The notes: generated by a model from the sequence alone, not told the origin. DNA of 63,423 nt, filler included, from 4 parts of 4 records of this genome joined end to end with filler, not necessarily neighbours in it, one strand, 5' to 3'. Positions 13,601-24,792 are shown, numbered from the whole stretch's first letter. Numbers and translations are program-made.

Positions 13601-13965
13601 CGGGGATGAAGAACCACAGGCTCGAGTGGGCGCCCCAACACGCATACAGCCGGACGAGCAGCTTCCAGGGCACCGAGGTGATGCGACTGCAGGCAGCACA
13701 GGAAGTAGCAGGCCAGGGGAGGGAGGTATCCTTTGGCGGAGCACTGGACCCGGAAGGAAGTCAGACGCAGTCGCAGTCAGCGCGCGGCAGCGCCGTCGCG
13801 TCACAGAATGGTCAAGGAGCAAATGAACCAACGCAGCAGGAGTCTCAGGAGGACGTGGGCGAGTTGCCACAACCCGAACCAGTGGTCCCGGTCGTGAAGG
13901 GCAGACCAGGAAGGGGGAGGCCTGCCAAGCCTGCCAAGGCCAAGCCCAAGCGTGGAAGAAAGTAG
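7602..13965 (+). CDS. ~2,090-aa multidomain protein: degenerate split Nudix-like fold, SH3, coiled coil, C2
   Basis: ORF 7602-8654 joins ORF 8686-13965 through a phase-0 intron starting at 8631 (acceptor 8673, 8676 or 8685). A probable in-frame intron lies at 7776-7823. SH3 YEVVQDYTAEHPSELSVTRGEIL...GYVPGWML (~11011-11200); C2 GRLFMEIVE...MTVEVYDYD...DEWWLP (~12847-13345). Confidence 0.75.
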
Positions 13966-14052
13966 ATATAAACCCGGTAGTAATTGCACAGATTTTGTGA
14001 TACCATATTTGTTTATTCCATGATGTAAGTAGTACGGGATGCCATTGACGGC

Positions 14053-15905
14053 TCAGATCTTCATCCGGGCCAGCTCAGCAGTATACTTGTTGGGGACGCC
14101 CGATCCCTGGAGCACACGTCAGCACACCCTCGGCACAGCAGACCACAACAAGCCACCTACCTTGAGCTCCTCGATCTTCTGGTGCTTGATCATCTCAATG
14201 CGCCGCCGTTCTTCCGCCTGTTTCTTGCGGATCAGTCGCCCCTCCTCCAGGTAGTCATCACGCGCCTTCTTGCGCTCTCGCGCGTTCTGCTCGATTTGCT
14301 CCTGCATCCAAGTCAGTACAAGCCTGGTAATCAAATATGGCACTAGTTGCTGGCGTACCCTGAGGCCAGTAATGTGGCGCTTGATCCTCTCTCGCTCGGC
14401 CTCCTCCTTCTCTCTCTCCCTCCGTTCATATTCACGCTGCACTAAGATGACGCGATTGTGGTCAGCCTTCTCCAACTGTGCCTGTTCCATCATCCGAGTC
14501 TCCTTCTCCAATCTTTGGGCCTCACGTGCCTCATGGAGATCTTGGATAATGGCCGCCTGTCTATCAGCGGCAGCCTTGGGAAATCGTCAGTCATGGCACT
14601 TGGCAGTTACAGGACTGCTCATACCTTTTCCTTCTTTCGCCACTCTCGCTCGTAGGACTCATGTGCTCTCTTTGCCCGGAGCGCATCTAGTTCGGCCTGC
14701 TTGTCGCTCGCCTTTTGTTGTTGTGCTCTCATCTTGGCAAGTTCTTTCTCCTTCTCTGCCTTGAGGCGTTCTTCTTCTTCCATTCGTCCTGCAGCCTCGG
14801 CATCGCGCTGCCGGATGTACTCTTGGATCTTTGCCTCCTCCGCGCGCTCTTCATCCTTCTCACGTTGCTTGCGGGTGATCTGCTCTTCGTTAAATTTGGC
14901 AACTTCCAATAGCATTTGGCGCCCCCTCTCCTTCCTCGCGTTCTGGGCGTCGACTTCTTCTTGCTTCATACGTTCGATCTGGCGGAGCACCTCCTGCCTC
15001 TCCAGGTCTTGGACCTCAAGCTGGTCCAAACGCTCCTTTTCTCTTTCCTGTTACCCCAGTCAGTACTACAGCCCCAGCACACACAATATCATTGCTCGCA
15101 CCCGTATTTGATCCGTGATGACGCTGGCTCCCTTCTTCCGCTGGATTTCCCGCTCCTTCTCGCGCTCTTCGTACATTTCAAGGGCCTTGAGGCGGTCAAT
15201 TTCCATCAGCATGTCGAGCCTCCTCTCCTCTTCATTGTTCTCCTTCGCGATCAGGCTCTTCTCCGCCTTTTGGGCATCTCGGATGGTCACGCATCTCGCA
15301 TAGAGCATCATTTTGTTCATTTCTTTGACTTCATCCAGGTTTTCATCTAACTTTGCGCGTGCCATGGATACCATCTTGGCGTCGGTATCCATCTTCTCCT
15401 TTTCCAAATCTGATAACTGAATCTTCCGCTTCCGCTCGTCCTCCATGGCAAGGATACGCTCCTTCTTCTTCCGGGCCTCTGCTCTTGCTATGTCCTGCTC
15501 CGCCTTGGCCTTTGCTGCCACGCGCCTCTTTTCTGCTTCTGTCATAACCACTGAAGCACTCTTGAATAACAAGTTAGACACTCTACAACCGCGATAGCGT
15601 ACTGTCAATACCTTCAGCCTGGAGAGTTCGGTGGATGAAATGACAACACTGTCAACATCGCGGACCGCGAATGGGTTCACTGGGCGGGGCCCTTGGTGGC
15701 TTCGTGACTTTCGGGACATGGGGCTCGCTACCTTTTGGGGAGACGGAGCATCCCCGTACGGATTCGAGTTCTCATTATTCTTATCGAAGAGCGAGTCGTC
15801 CACATAAGAGCGCGAACTGAGGGTCCTGTACTTCTTGCGCGAGGGGCTTCGACTGTGGTCTGAGCGAGCTGACAGCCTCGATGACTGGGGCGACCGGGCT
15901 GACAT
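14053..15905 (-). CDS. CFAP45: Cilia- and flagella-associated protein 45 (CCDC19; trichohyalin-plectin homology domain), 6 exons
   Basis: Characteristic DEVKEMNKMMLYARCVTIRDAQKAEK, ERRLDMLMEIDRLKAL, QAELDALRAKRAHESYEREWRKKE and C-terminal GVPNKYTAELAR. Introns at 15561-15611, 15048-15101, 14575-14624, 14302-14358 and 14107-14160. Confidence 0.88.
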
Positions 15906-16645
15906 CCTTTTAGTATTGTACTTACATTCAGTGGCGCACATATAGATATGACGTGAACGACTAAGAGACGTGCATACAATCAGCGGCGGCGCCGTCATGC
16001 GTCCCCGGCCCGGGGCCCTCCCAATCGATTGAAGCGTGGTGGGTACACCCCCGGATGTTCACAGAGCAGGGTCGTCCGGTCCATCAAAACTGATCAACAG
16101 GATGACTGAAACGTGAGATGATAAGGTGGCGGTTTCAGATGGGTTTTCTTCAATCACACGAACCGAGATCATATATCGGATTTGCTGATTCCATATTGTC
16201 TATATTAATGGATATTTGCCCTGGCCAGGGGCTTTTTTTCAGGTGGGCTTCGGCCGCCGCGGTGACCGCCCTGCTCTGCCCGAGTCGCTACCCGCGTGAT
16301 CCCTCGGGCCTCGTGAGGCGCGCCTCGACACTGGGCGAGGCCGAACGATTATCCCAACACTCACCCCTGGTGACGATTAGGGGGCCTGATTGGGCGTGGA
16401 TCGGCGCGGCAAAGTTGCCCGGCTTTGACGGTAGTAGGCGTGGCGGCCCGCGGCCACCTGTGCTTTCGTCTCCGGGTTTGCGCTTCTGGCGGGCTCCCCA
16501 CAGCAGTCTCAGCCTGCGCGACGGACCCAAGGCCGACGAATTCGGCCTGCACCGTTTTGGATTGCTCGTCCCTTGTGATGAAGATTTCCTCGGGACCCCT
16601 CGTAACCGGCACTTCATCCAAAGTGCTCGCTCGCAGTACAATCAT

Positions 16646-17980
16646 ATGAGTCTCTTCCGGATAATTAATTTCGTTGAAGTATACTACAGGAAGGGTTTGC
16701 CACTATGGCCACGACAGTGTCCAAGACAGGGCCAAAGCACGTATGTGTTGAACTCTTCAAAATAAGGAGTTCTGTGCTCTCCCTACCAAGCAGGGATGAT
16801 CGCATGAAGATTGCCGATGAAGTCGCTGTTACCGAGTCAGGTCCTGGCGGTTTCAAGGATGGTCAGTTTGCCGGCTCTTGTCCGACTTCAAAGCTCGAGG
16901 AATTTTTCGTATCCATCGTATTCGTATTCATGTTTGCTGGACCGTACCTTTTTGCCTTCACTTCTTTAATCATTTACTTCTTTGGATCATGGGTGCACTT
17001 TGTGGCTCTGGTTGCGACGACGGTGTTTCTATGCGTTCACCCTGTTCCAAAAGCAGCGAACGAGGCTTCCTATTTTCAGAGCAAGCTTGGAGTATTCCTT
17101 TATCGTGCCTTTTCGCGATATTTTAGCTATCGCTTCATCTTCGTTGAGGGTACATGGGACGAATTGGTAAACGACAAGGAGGCATGGCTGGGAGGAGCAC
17201 CTCCTCATGGCGTGCTTCCCGTAGCAAATCTTCTGACTATGCCATTTGTGAATGCTCTGGGCCGTCGGTTTTTGGGGGCACCTGCATCAGTCGTATTTCG
17301 TACCCCCTTTTTAAGATATATGACCTTTGGTGGGAGTGTAGAGGTATCAGGGAAAGCTCTTGCCGCTGAAATCAAGAAAGGGAATTGCTGCGGTCTTGTT
17401 CCAGGTATTCCTGGTTTGTGCTTGTCGAATAGATAGGTCTCGTTGACAGAGCATCGCAAATGCAGACGGAATCGCAGGTGTATTCCAGATTGACCAGAAC
17501 ATCGAAAGGGTATCTTTGAAAGATCGCACTGGACTTGCTCGACTCTGTTTGCGCAATGGAATCAACATTGTCCCTGCATATTCCATTGGCAACACCAAAG
17601 TGATGAAGGCATTTCATGATCCATGGGGCATCATGGAATACTTCTCCCGCAAATTGAGAATGACTTTTATCATCCCTTATGGAAAGTTTGGTCTACCTGT
17701 GCCGTATCGGACAAATATTACAATGGTATGATAGCTCTATGTGTTAGTGTCTGACCTGATTACTGGCCCAGGTTTTCGGAAAGTTGATTAAGGTCAAGAA
17801 AGTTGAGAATCCAACCCAAGAGCAGGTATTGTTGTGGTTTAATCCCAGTGTAGTATCTTATGTATGTGTCAAATTAAGATTCAGGAACTGCATGACCGAT
17901 GGTTGAAGTCTATCAAAGATACCTTTGATGCGCATAAAGCAGCAGTTGGTTGGAAAGAAAAGGAACTTCAATTCCTTTAA
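16646..17980 (+). CDS. DGAT2: Diacylglycerol/monoacylglycerol acyltransferase, DGAT2 family
   Basis: N-terminal TM helices, YFSY, PPHGVLP (HPHG-equivalent), VPDGIAGVF, RTGLARL, VPAYSIG, GLPVPYRTNITMVFGK. Introns at 16741-16790 (probable; alternative start 16705 without it), 17405-17465, 17726-17771 and 17826-17878. Confidence 0.85.
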
Positions 17981-19002
17981 GTGGCAACAGCAACTTTCCC
18001 TAGTTATCTATCTAAACCCGTAAATTTAAACTTATACTCGGCTCTAACAAATCTGAACAGTAGGACTACCTTATGATGAATTGTTTGATCTTTCTTGAAT
18101 ATTGCTGCTGATCCATCAATCACCTGCAAAAGGTTCTTTTGGCTAGAACCAGGTTTACCTATACATGTTGTAATTAATAACATTTCATACGCCTTTGGTA
18201 TCTTTTATGCCGGAGGTCAAAACATTTGAGGCGCATCACCTGACTATGCTAGGACTGTGCTATGGAAGTATACTAAACTTCATTTGCGCAACGAGCACCC
18301 TGGCAAAGGCAAGAAGGTAGGAGAAACACGTTGCCCTCTTCCCCCACCTAAAACCGCCGTTCCACACACAATGCTCGGCTGCCGGCAGTGCAGTAGGTAG
18401 GTTCCTTCATGCAATTCCGGAAGGCAATACATGTGAAAGTGATAAGCGCTTGGGCATTTAATGCGAAAGGCTGCGAGGCGCTCACGATATCCAAAGTGCT
18501 CAAAAAGAGTATACGTCAACCTTTGCAGATGACAGATAACTTAGGATAAATTACCTGCGATACGCCCAAACGGCAAGTTTTAGAACCCTGAAAAAATGAT
18601 GTCCAAAGCCAGTTTACGGTATGGACCAGTCCTAACTTGAAGAAAGAGGCATGCATGTGCATGTGGTCGCCACCAATCCATCCGGAGTGGCCTGGTTAGC
18701 TGGTCTGACAAGGTATATATCATCGGCACCATGACCAAGGAACGCATGCGGTTCATCTTGAATGCTCTTCCACGATTCGACTAGTACTCGACTAAAAGTA
18801 AGATTGACGTGTTGCTTTCTTCTCATAATGTACAACGAAGAAGTTTTGCCAGTGTGCGCTTAAGTGTAAGAACAAGCTCGAATGCAACATTAATGGTGAT
18901 CTTATTTCTTTTTTGTTTTCTTCTTTCTCTTTCGTGTTTACGAACAACGTACATCCAACCAATGCATAACTGGAAGCATCATAAGAAGTAGCGTTTTACA
19001 GC

Positions 19003-19207
19003 AGAAACTTTAGAATTCAGTGTATAATATGGGCGTGCGCATCGCCTGGATCAGCGACACCAAGACCAATCTTTATCTTCTTCCCCAATGATGAAGAAAC
19101 TTCAGAATTCAGTGTATAATAATATTATTGGCCAAGCGCATCGCCTGGATCAGCGACACCAAGACATCCGTTTTGGGGTCCAATCTTGATCTTCTTCCCC
19201 AATGATG
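19003..19207. repeat. Imperfect tandem duplication (~91 nt and ~113 nt copies)
   Basis: 19003-19093 and 19095-19207 share AGAAACTTYAGAATTCAGTGTATAAT, GCGCATCGCCTGGATCAGCGACACCAAGAC and ATCTTCTTCCCCAATGATG; the second copy has extra sequence. Confidence 0.9.
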
Positions 19208-20665
19208 TGTGTGGTCACAAAATATTGAAGTAGATCCTTTACGATACTTGGCAGCAGCAAGTAGACCAGAAAAGGATAATGGAACCGGTGTGGGTTATCA
19301 AGAATGATTAATGACTTCTCGGCATGAGTGCCTGCTATGCCCCACGTGGCCAGTAGGTAATGTCAGCACAGATGGCAGTACTTTTCCAAATTGAAACATT
19401 ATTCTACACAGTAATCTATCTATCTACTGATTCTGAACCTGTACTCATGTGTGAATCTTCTCTGTTCCCCGATGTGCTCCTTCCAACCAGCGGGAGGCTC
19501 TAGACCAACTACGTCCATCGAAGTTGCTGACACAAAGAGTATGATCGCTTTGAAGTGATACACATGGAAGTAGTTGGTCCCATGGAAGTTGAAGGTATTC
19601 ATGGTAACAGGTTTCAGTTCCGTCAATCCTATAGACCGGAGGACGCGTATCGGGTTGACTTGTACCCCTCCTACTAAGGAAGCCAAGTATACTATTGCTA
19701 ATTGCCGTTGTTGCTAAAGCTCGTTGATACGGGTGGGCTACCACGTGGCTCTGCAGCCTGGTATTATTCACTTCATTTAATGACGGCTCCAGCTATGTCC
19801 TCGTCGTTATCTGCGTACTGTTTCTCCAAGTTCCGATGTGGCTTGAGAACTCGCGATCCCTAACCTGATTCTGCCGAGAAGCAAGGGTTCGCCCTAGAAT
19901 GTACTAGGGACTGAGTCCCATACTATGTGAAATGGGACTGACTGAGCCATGCGGCCAGCTACGTCTCACGGCGGGAGCCAGTGTTACGGCTGGTGGGCAA
20001 TATCAGGTGGAAGGCGGGCATAGTACTCAAACGGCCTTGAAAGGCCCCTATATTCCTACGCAGCGAGTGAAAGCCCTATGGGGCCTAATTAGGGCCCTTC
20101 ATTCATGAAGGGGTGAAATTTTTATTTGAAAATCTGGTCATCGTCAGATCAAAATACATCAATGAACCCAGCGCGATTCGGATGATGGGCTTGCCCCATG
20201 GCGGCGCTCCCCGGACTGAGCCCGCCGGGGCCGTGCTGCGGGGCCGGGCCCGCCCCGGGTCGGAAAGGGGCCGTTCCGGTTCCGGTTCGGATGACTCCGT
20301 AAGGGCGAAGCCTCGGGTCTCTGAGTGCCCGGAGGACGCCGGCGACACAAGCATGCGGGAGTGTCCAGCTCACTCTTTCACTCACGCGGGCCCGGGCCTG
20401 GCCGGCGGTGGGGCCTGCGGCATCGTCCACCCGGCCCAACCCCAATCCCGCGGCACAGCACAAGCCTCCCAGGCACCGTAGTGAACGGACTGTCGACGGT
20501 ACGCACCCGGCGTGGCCGCGGCCGTCCGGCGACAGCCCCTACTGCCGCGGTAGCGGCGTCGGGCCCGGGCCGGCGGCGGACTCCACGGGCGCCAGCATCG
20601 CCGAGCGTAGCGTCGGAGAAACAGAGCACACCAGGAAATTAACTGTGTAGATACATAAGTCTCTG

Positions 20666-21988
20666 ATGGCATCTGGTACATCGGAAGAGACGGAACCTGC
20701 CGCGCACATGGACATACCCGAGCTCAGCCGGGAGGAGGCACTTGCCCGCCTGGAGGCTCACGGGCGGGACAAGACGTACATCCGCGCCTTCTACTCGTCT
20801 ATCCTGGGAGGCCTCGTGCGTGACCCGGACCTTGCCTTAGTGCCCCTGGATGACCACATGGTCCACCGTGGCCATGCTGTGTTCGACACATGCACTGTCA
20901 TCGACGGCACTGTCTACCAGCTAGACCAGCACCTCGCCCGGTTCCAGCGGTCCGCAGACCTTGCCAAGCTCACACTCCCCTTCCCAATCGACCAAATCAA
21001 AGGTAGGGATCTGCTGGTCGGCCTGCCAGCATGCTAACTCCGCGACCAGACATCATCCTGCGTGTGTGCGGGGTCGCGAAGGATGGCCGGTCGCTCATCC
21101 GATACTGGGCCTCCGCAGGTCCCGGTGGTTTTGGAGTCAGTCAGAAGGAGTGCACCGCGGCCTTTTATGTAGTGGCGACTGTGTTCCCCATCTCCAAGTG
21201 GGCCGCCATGAAGGTGGGCGGAGTTGGATTGCTGTGGCCTTCGCTGACCAGGTGGTGCAGGGTGTCCATCTCGTGACCAGCAGTCTTCCTGTCAAGCCAG
21301 CGATCCTGGCCAACATGAAGTCCAACGTATGTGTGGTGTGGGCGGGGGCATGCAGGAGGAACTGACCGGTGCTAGAACTACATGCTCAATGCGATCCTCC
21401 AGACGGAGGCGGAGGAGCGGGGTGCCACCTTTGCCCTCCAGGTCGACCACAATGGCCACATTACCGAGAGTTCCATGATGAACATCGCCTATCTGGATGC
21501 CGGCGGCGTGCTCTACCACCCGGCGTTCGATCTTATTCTCCGGGGATGCACCATCTCACGCGTGTTTGAGCTGGCCGAGTCAGACGAGGGCAAGGCGCTG
21601 GGGATCTCCAAGGTAGCACCATAGGGGTTGTGTGAGGTGGTGGCCCGTGGTGACGACAGGTCAGGTTGTGGTGGGGGACATCCCAGTGGAACGCGCACGT
21701 GCGGACGCCGTGGAAATGATCATAGTTGGAGGAACAACAGTGATCCCTATCATTAGCTGTGGGTGACAGTGCACGGAGTTGCCGGTGGCGGTGCTGATGT
21801 TGCTTTACTGCAGGGGACGGTAAGCCTGTGGGGAGCGGCGGGCCAGGTAAGACACCCCTCTCGATTGCCACCGTGTCCTCACACACTATACCACCCCAGG
21901 GGAGGTGGCCCAGGGACTGGAGGCGATGCTGCGGCGGGATGAAAAGGGCGGCGGCACCAGCCAGTGCATTGAATTGCCGGACGAATAA
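20666..21988 (+). CDS. Class IV PLP aminotransferase, plant-type D-amino-acid transaminase/ADC-lyase-like (7 exons)
   Basis: FYSSILGGLVRDPDLALVPLDDHMVHRGHAVFDT, catalytic MKSNNY, ESSMMNIA, ILRGCT, WDGKPVGSG. Introns at 21003-21049, 21214-21260, 21327-21375, 21613-21664, 21759-21813 and 21847-21899. Confidence 0.88.
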
Positions 21989-21991
21989 GAC

Positions 21992-22408
21992 CTACAAATC
22001 ATTGAGATGTGACGGTGTGGGCGGATGGTCTGGCTGGGCTCCAGTCAGGTGTTGCACGATGGCCACCCCAAATGAATCCCCGGCGATGTTCAGCGCAGTC
22101 CACATGCGGTCCATGAGCCAGTCCACACCTTCATCCACAGTCAGCACACCACCCACCAGCATTCCCCCGGGCCACCTACCAAGGACCACTCCAAACAGGC
22201 TGGTCTGCGGCACGTGGGCCGAGTTCAAGCAGAGGGAGATGTACATGAGCCCAGCACTGGGAAGGGGCGATGAACCAATTGCACCCACGGATGCGGAGAT
22301 GAGCAGTGCAATGGTGTCCGCGGGGCCCAGCGTGATGTCTTGCGAGTACGCCATGTAGTAGACTGCAAATGTGTATCCCAATGTGGACCCTGTGTCCCCG
22401 TCAGTCGG
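21992..22408 (-). CDS. SLC1/DAACS dicarboxylate-amino acid:cation symporter, 3' part
   Basis: ASVGAIGSSPLPSAG (HP2-like) and VDWLMDRMWTALNIAGDSFG (TM8 DxxxDRxRTxxNxxGD variant). Intron at 22129-22179; truncated by the contig end. Confidence 0.85.
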   Translation of the reverse strand, partial: PTDGDTGSTLGYTFAVYYMAYSQDITLGPADTIALLISASVGAIGSSPLPSAGLMYISLCLNSAHVPQTSLFGVVLGRWPGGMLVGGVLTVDEGVDWLMDRMWTALNIAGDSFGVAIVQHLTGAQPDHPPTPSHLNDL

Positions 22409-22508
22409 NNNNNNNNNNNNNNNNNNNNNNNNNNNNNNNNNNNNNNNNNNNNTTAATTAATTAANNNNNNNNNNNNNNNNNNNNNNNNNNNNNNNNNNNN
22501 NNNNNNNN
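22409..22508. other. Artificial contig spacer
   Basis: N runs flanking TTAATTAATTAA (stops in all frames); composition changes abruptly across it. Confidence 0.98.
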
Positions 22509-22796
22509 ACGTTTTTCCCAATCTTCTAAATCTTCTTTAGAATAAGAATTGTCTAGAGAATACATACGATAGTCATGGGTAGTTGTATCGAAGTTTTTAG
22601 TGACTTGCCCACCAACTCTCAACGTTGGCGAATTTGCATCATAAAACTCAGGGTTTTCTGTCTCTAAATCCTGTAACTGTTTTAATTTTTGATCAAAATC
22701 ATAGTCCGAGATTTCTGGCTTGTCTAATACATAATAATTGTAATTATGTTGCCTTAGCTCTTCTCTAAGTTGTTGTATCTGATCTTTAACTGTCAT
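22509..22796 (-). CDS. ligA: NAD-dependent DNA ligase, N-terminal part
   Basis: HNYNYYVLDKPEISDYDFD, SPTLRVGG, MYSLDNSYS. Confidence 0.95.
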
Positions 22797-22803
22797 ACTA
22801 TAC

Positions 22804-23343
22804 TTACTCTAATGTTTTATACATATTATGCATTCCTCTATATTTTGGATGCATTCGTTTAAAATCTAACCTAAAGTTACTCGTTATTTTATACCCGCAA
22901 CGTTTATAAAATTCTAATGCTTGCACTTTAGTATCCATAGCTTCTAGCCAGACACCGTGAAACTTATTATCTTTTGCATACTGCTCTACCCAAGTCATTA
23001 TATGTTTGCCTACACCTATTCCATGAATGCTATCATCTAAGTACAACCTATGCAATTTTAAAGATTTTAGATCTTTTTTGTCTTTAAACTCTGCATCTCT
23101 TACAAACCTTAAAATACCTTTCGCTTCATTTTCAACTAACACAAAATAATAGCTTGCATTAGGATCGCTTAATTCTTTTGATATCTGACTAGGTGTCCAG
23201 TTAAGGTTTAAATACCATTCGCCTTGTTCTTCCCAAAGATAACTATAGGCTTTTGTATAAACGACCTTCATTAATTGAAAAAGTGAGGTCGAATCTTGTT
23301 GTGTAATCTCCTTTAAGCTTATTTGGTTGGTAATGCTTATCAT
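22804..23343 (-). CDS. GNAT N-acetyltransferase
   Basis: LHRLYLDDSIHGIGVGK motif A; ALEFYKRCGY. Confidence 0.9.
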   Translation of the reverse strand: MISITNQISLKEITQQDSTSLFQLMKVVYTKAYSYLWEEQGEWYLNLNWTPSQISKELSDPNASYYFVLVENEAKGILRFVRDAEFKDKKDLKSLKLHRLYLDDSIHGIGVGKHIMTWVEQYAKDNKFHGVWLEAMDTKVQALEFYKRCGYKITSNFRLDFKRMHPKYRGMHNMYKTLE

Positions 23344-23345
23344 TT

Positions 23346-23936
23346 TTAAGCTTGGTCTTTATTCATCCACTCAGGAACTGGTAGTGGTGTAAAGCTTTCC
23401 ATCTTTTTAATTAATTGGTCTAAATCTGAATCTACCAACAAGAGTTCAAAATTTTCTTTAGAAAGCAATTCTTTGTTAACCATTGTTTTTAACATCACTA
23501 GCAAATCATCATAGTACCCATTAGTATTTAAAATTCCTATTGGTTTTTTATGAAGTCCTAATTGTGCCCAAGTTAGCATTTCAAAAAGCTCTTCAAAAGT
23601 GCCAAAACCACCAGGTAACGTTATAATACCATCACTTAATTCGTGCATCTTAAGCTTTCGCTCTTGCATAGAGTCTGTAATAATTAACTCGGTTAAATGA
23701 TTGTGTACTACTTCTTTTGTTCTTAGAAACTCTGGAATAACACCAATTACATTTCCGCCTGCATCTAAAGCTCCTTGTGCGACCTGACCCATTAAGCCCA
23801 ATTTGCTTCCACCAAAAACAATATCTAATTTATGAGTGGCTAAGTGTTTTCCAACACCATAAGCTGCTCTAAAAATTGTATCATCATTACTTGGGCTGCT
23901 CCCACAAAATACTGCAATAGCGGTTAGTTTACTCAT
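23346..23936 (-). CDS. LOG-family nucleotide monophosphate nucleosidase (TIGR00730)
   Basis: VFCGSS, GLMGQVA, MQERK, LPGGFGTFEELFE. Confidence 0.93.
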   Translation of the reverse strand: MSKLTAIAVFCGSSPSNDDTIFRAAYGVGKHLATHKLDIVFGGSKLGLMGQVAQGALDAGGNVIGVIPEFLRTKEVVHNHLTELIITDSMQERKLKMHELSDGIITLPGGFGTFEELFEMLTWAQLGLHKKPIGILNTNGYYDDLLVMLKTMVNKELLSKENFELLLVDSDLDQLIKKMESFTPLPVPEWMNKDQA

Positions 23937-23940
23937 AATT

Positions 23941-24789
23941 TTATAAAGTTAAAGTGGCTTTAAGCATTCTATCTTTTCCAAAGATATCTTTCTTTAATTC
24001 TATATTGGTAAAAGAATCTGAATCTAAAAGAGCTTGAGTTGCCTCTCCCAAAAATTCATTAATCTCTAAATATAATGTGCCATTTGGTTTAAGGTGCGTT
24101 TTAGATAGACTTATTATTTTACTATAAAAAATTAAAGGGTTATCATCTTCAACAAATAATGCTAAATGTGGCTCGTGCTCAAGTACATTGTTACTCATTA
24201 AATCCTTCTCTAAATTTCTCACATAAGGAGGATTAGAAACTATAACATCATAGTGTTGTGGTAAGCTGTCTGAAGTAAGAATATCTTTAAGTAAAAAATG
24301 AATATTAGCATTATTATTCTCAGCGTTTTCTTTAGCGATAGCCAATGCACTAGTAGATATATCTAAAGCAGATACAGTTGCATCTTTTAAATATTTACTA
24401 AGACTAATTGCTATACAACCACTGCCTGTACAGAGGTCTAAAACGTCTAAATTCGTTTTGTGTTGGTCCTGTATAATCCACCTAACTAAATCTTCGGTTT
24501 CTGGACGTGGTATTAATACATCTGGAGTCACTTTAAAATTAAGGTCGAAGAATTCTGTTTCTCCAATTATATATTGAATTGGTTCAAAAACTTTTAATCG
24601 TTTAAATGCTTCAGTAAATTTAGCAAGAATAGCAGCTGAAACTACAGTATTAGGATTCATTACAATATCTAAACGAGACATTTTTAAATAAGCTTCAGAA
24701 AGTATTACAAAAAAATTGTGAATTTCTTGTACAGGATACACATCTTTTAATTCTTCTTGAATAGTATGTTTTAATGTAGAAACCGTCAA
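23941..24789 (-). CDS. prmC: Release factor glutamine methyltransferase
   Basis: EPIQYIIG, VLIPRPETE, DLCTGSGCIA, NPPY. Confidence 0.95.
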   Translation of the reverse strand: MTVSTLKHTIQEELKDVYPVQEIHNFFVILSEAYLKMSRLDIVMNPNTVVSAAILAKFTEAFKRLKVFEPIQYIIGETEFFDLNFKVTPDVLIPRPETEDLVRWIIQDQHKTNLDVLDLCTGSGCIAISLSKYLKDATVSALDISTSALAIAKENAENNNANIHFLLKDILTSDSLPQHYDVIVSNPPYVRNLEKDLMSNNVLEHEPHLALFVEDDNPLIFYSKIISLSKTHLKPNGTLYLEINEFLGEATQALLDSDSFTNIELKKDIFGKDRMLKATLTL

Positions 24790-24792
24790 AAC

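Noticed and set aside
19003-19207. Possible CRISPR-like repeat
   Set aside because: Only two long imperfect copies, no unique spacers, eukaryotic contig, no cas genes.
20103-20681. Multiple overlapping Arg/Pro/Gly-rich ORFs (also 6575-7554 and 16118-16649)
   Set aside because: Stop-poor GC-rich promoter regions; the translations have no recognisable protein features.
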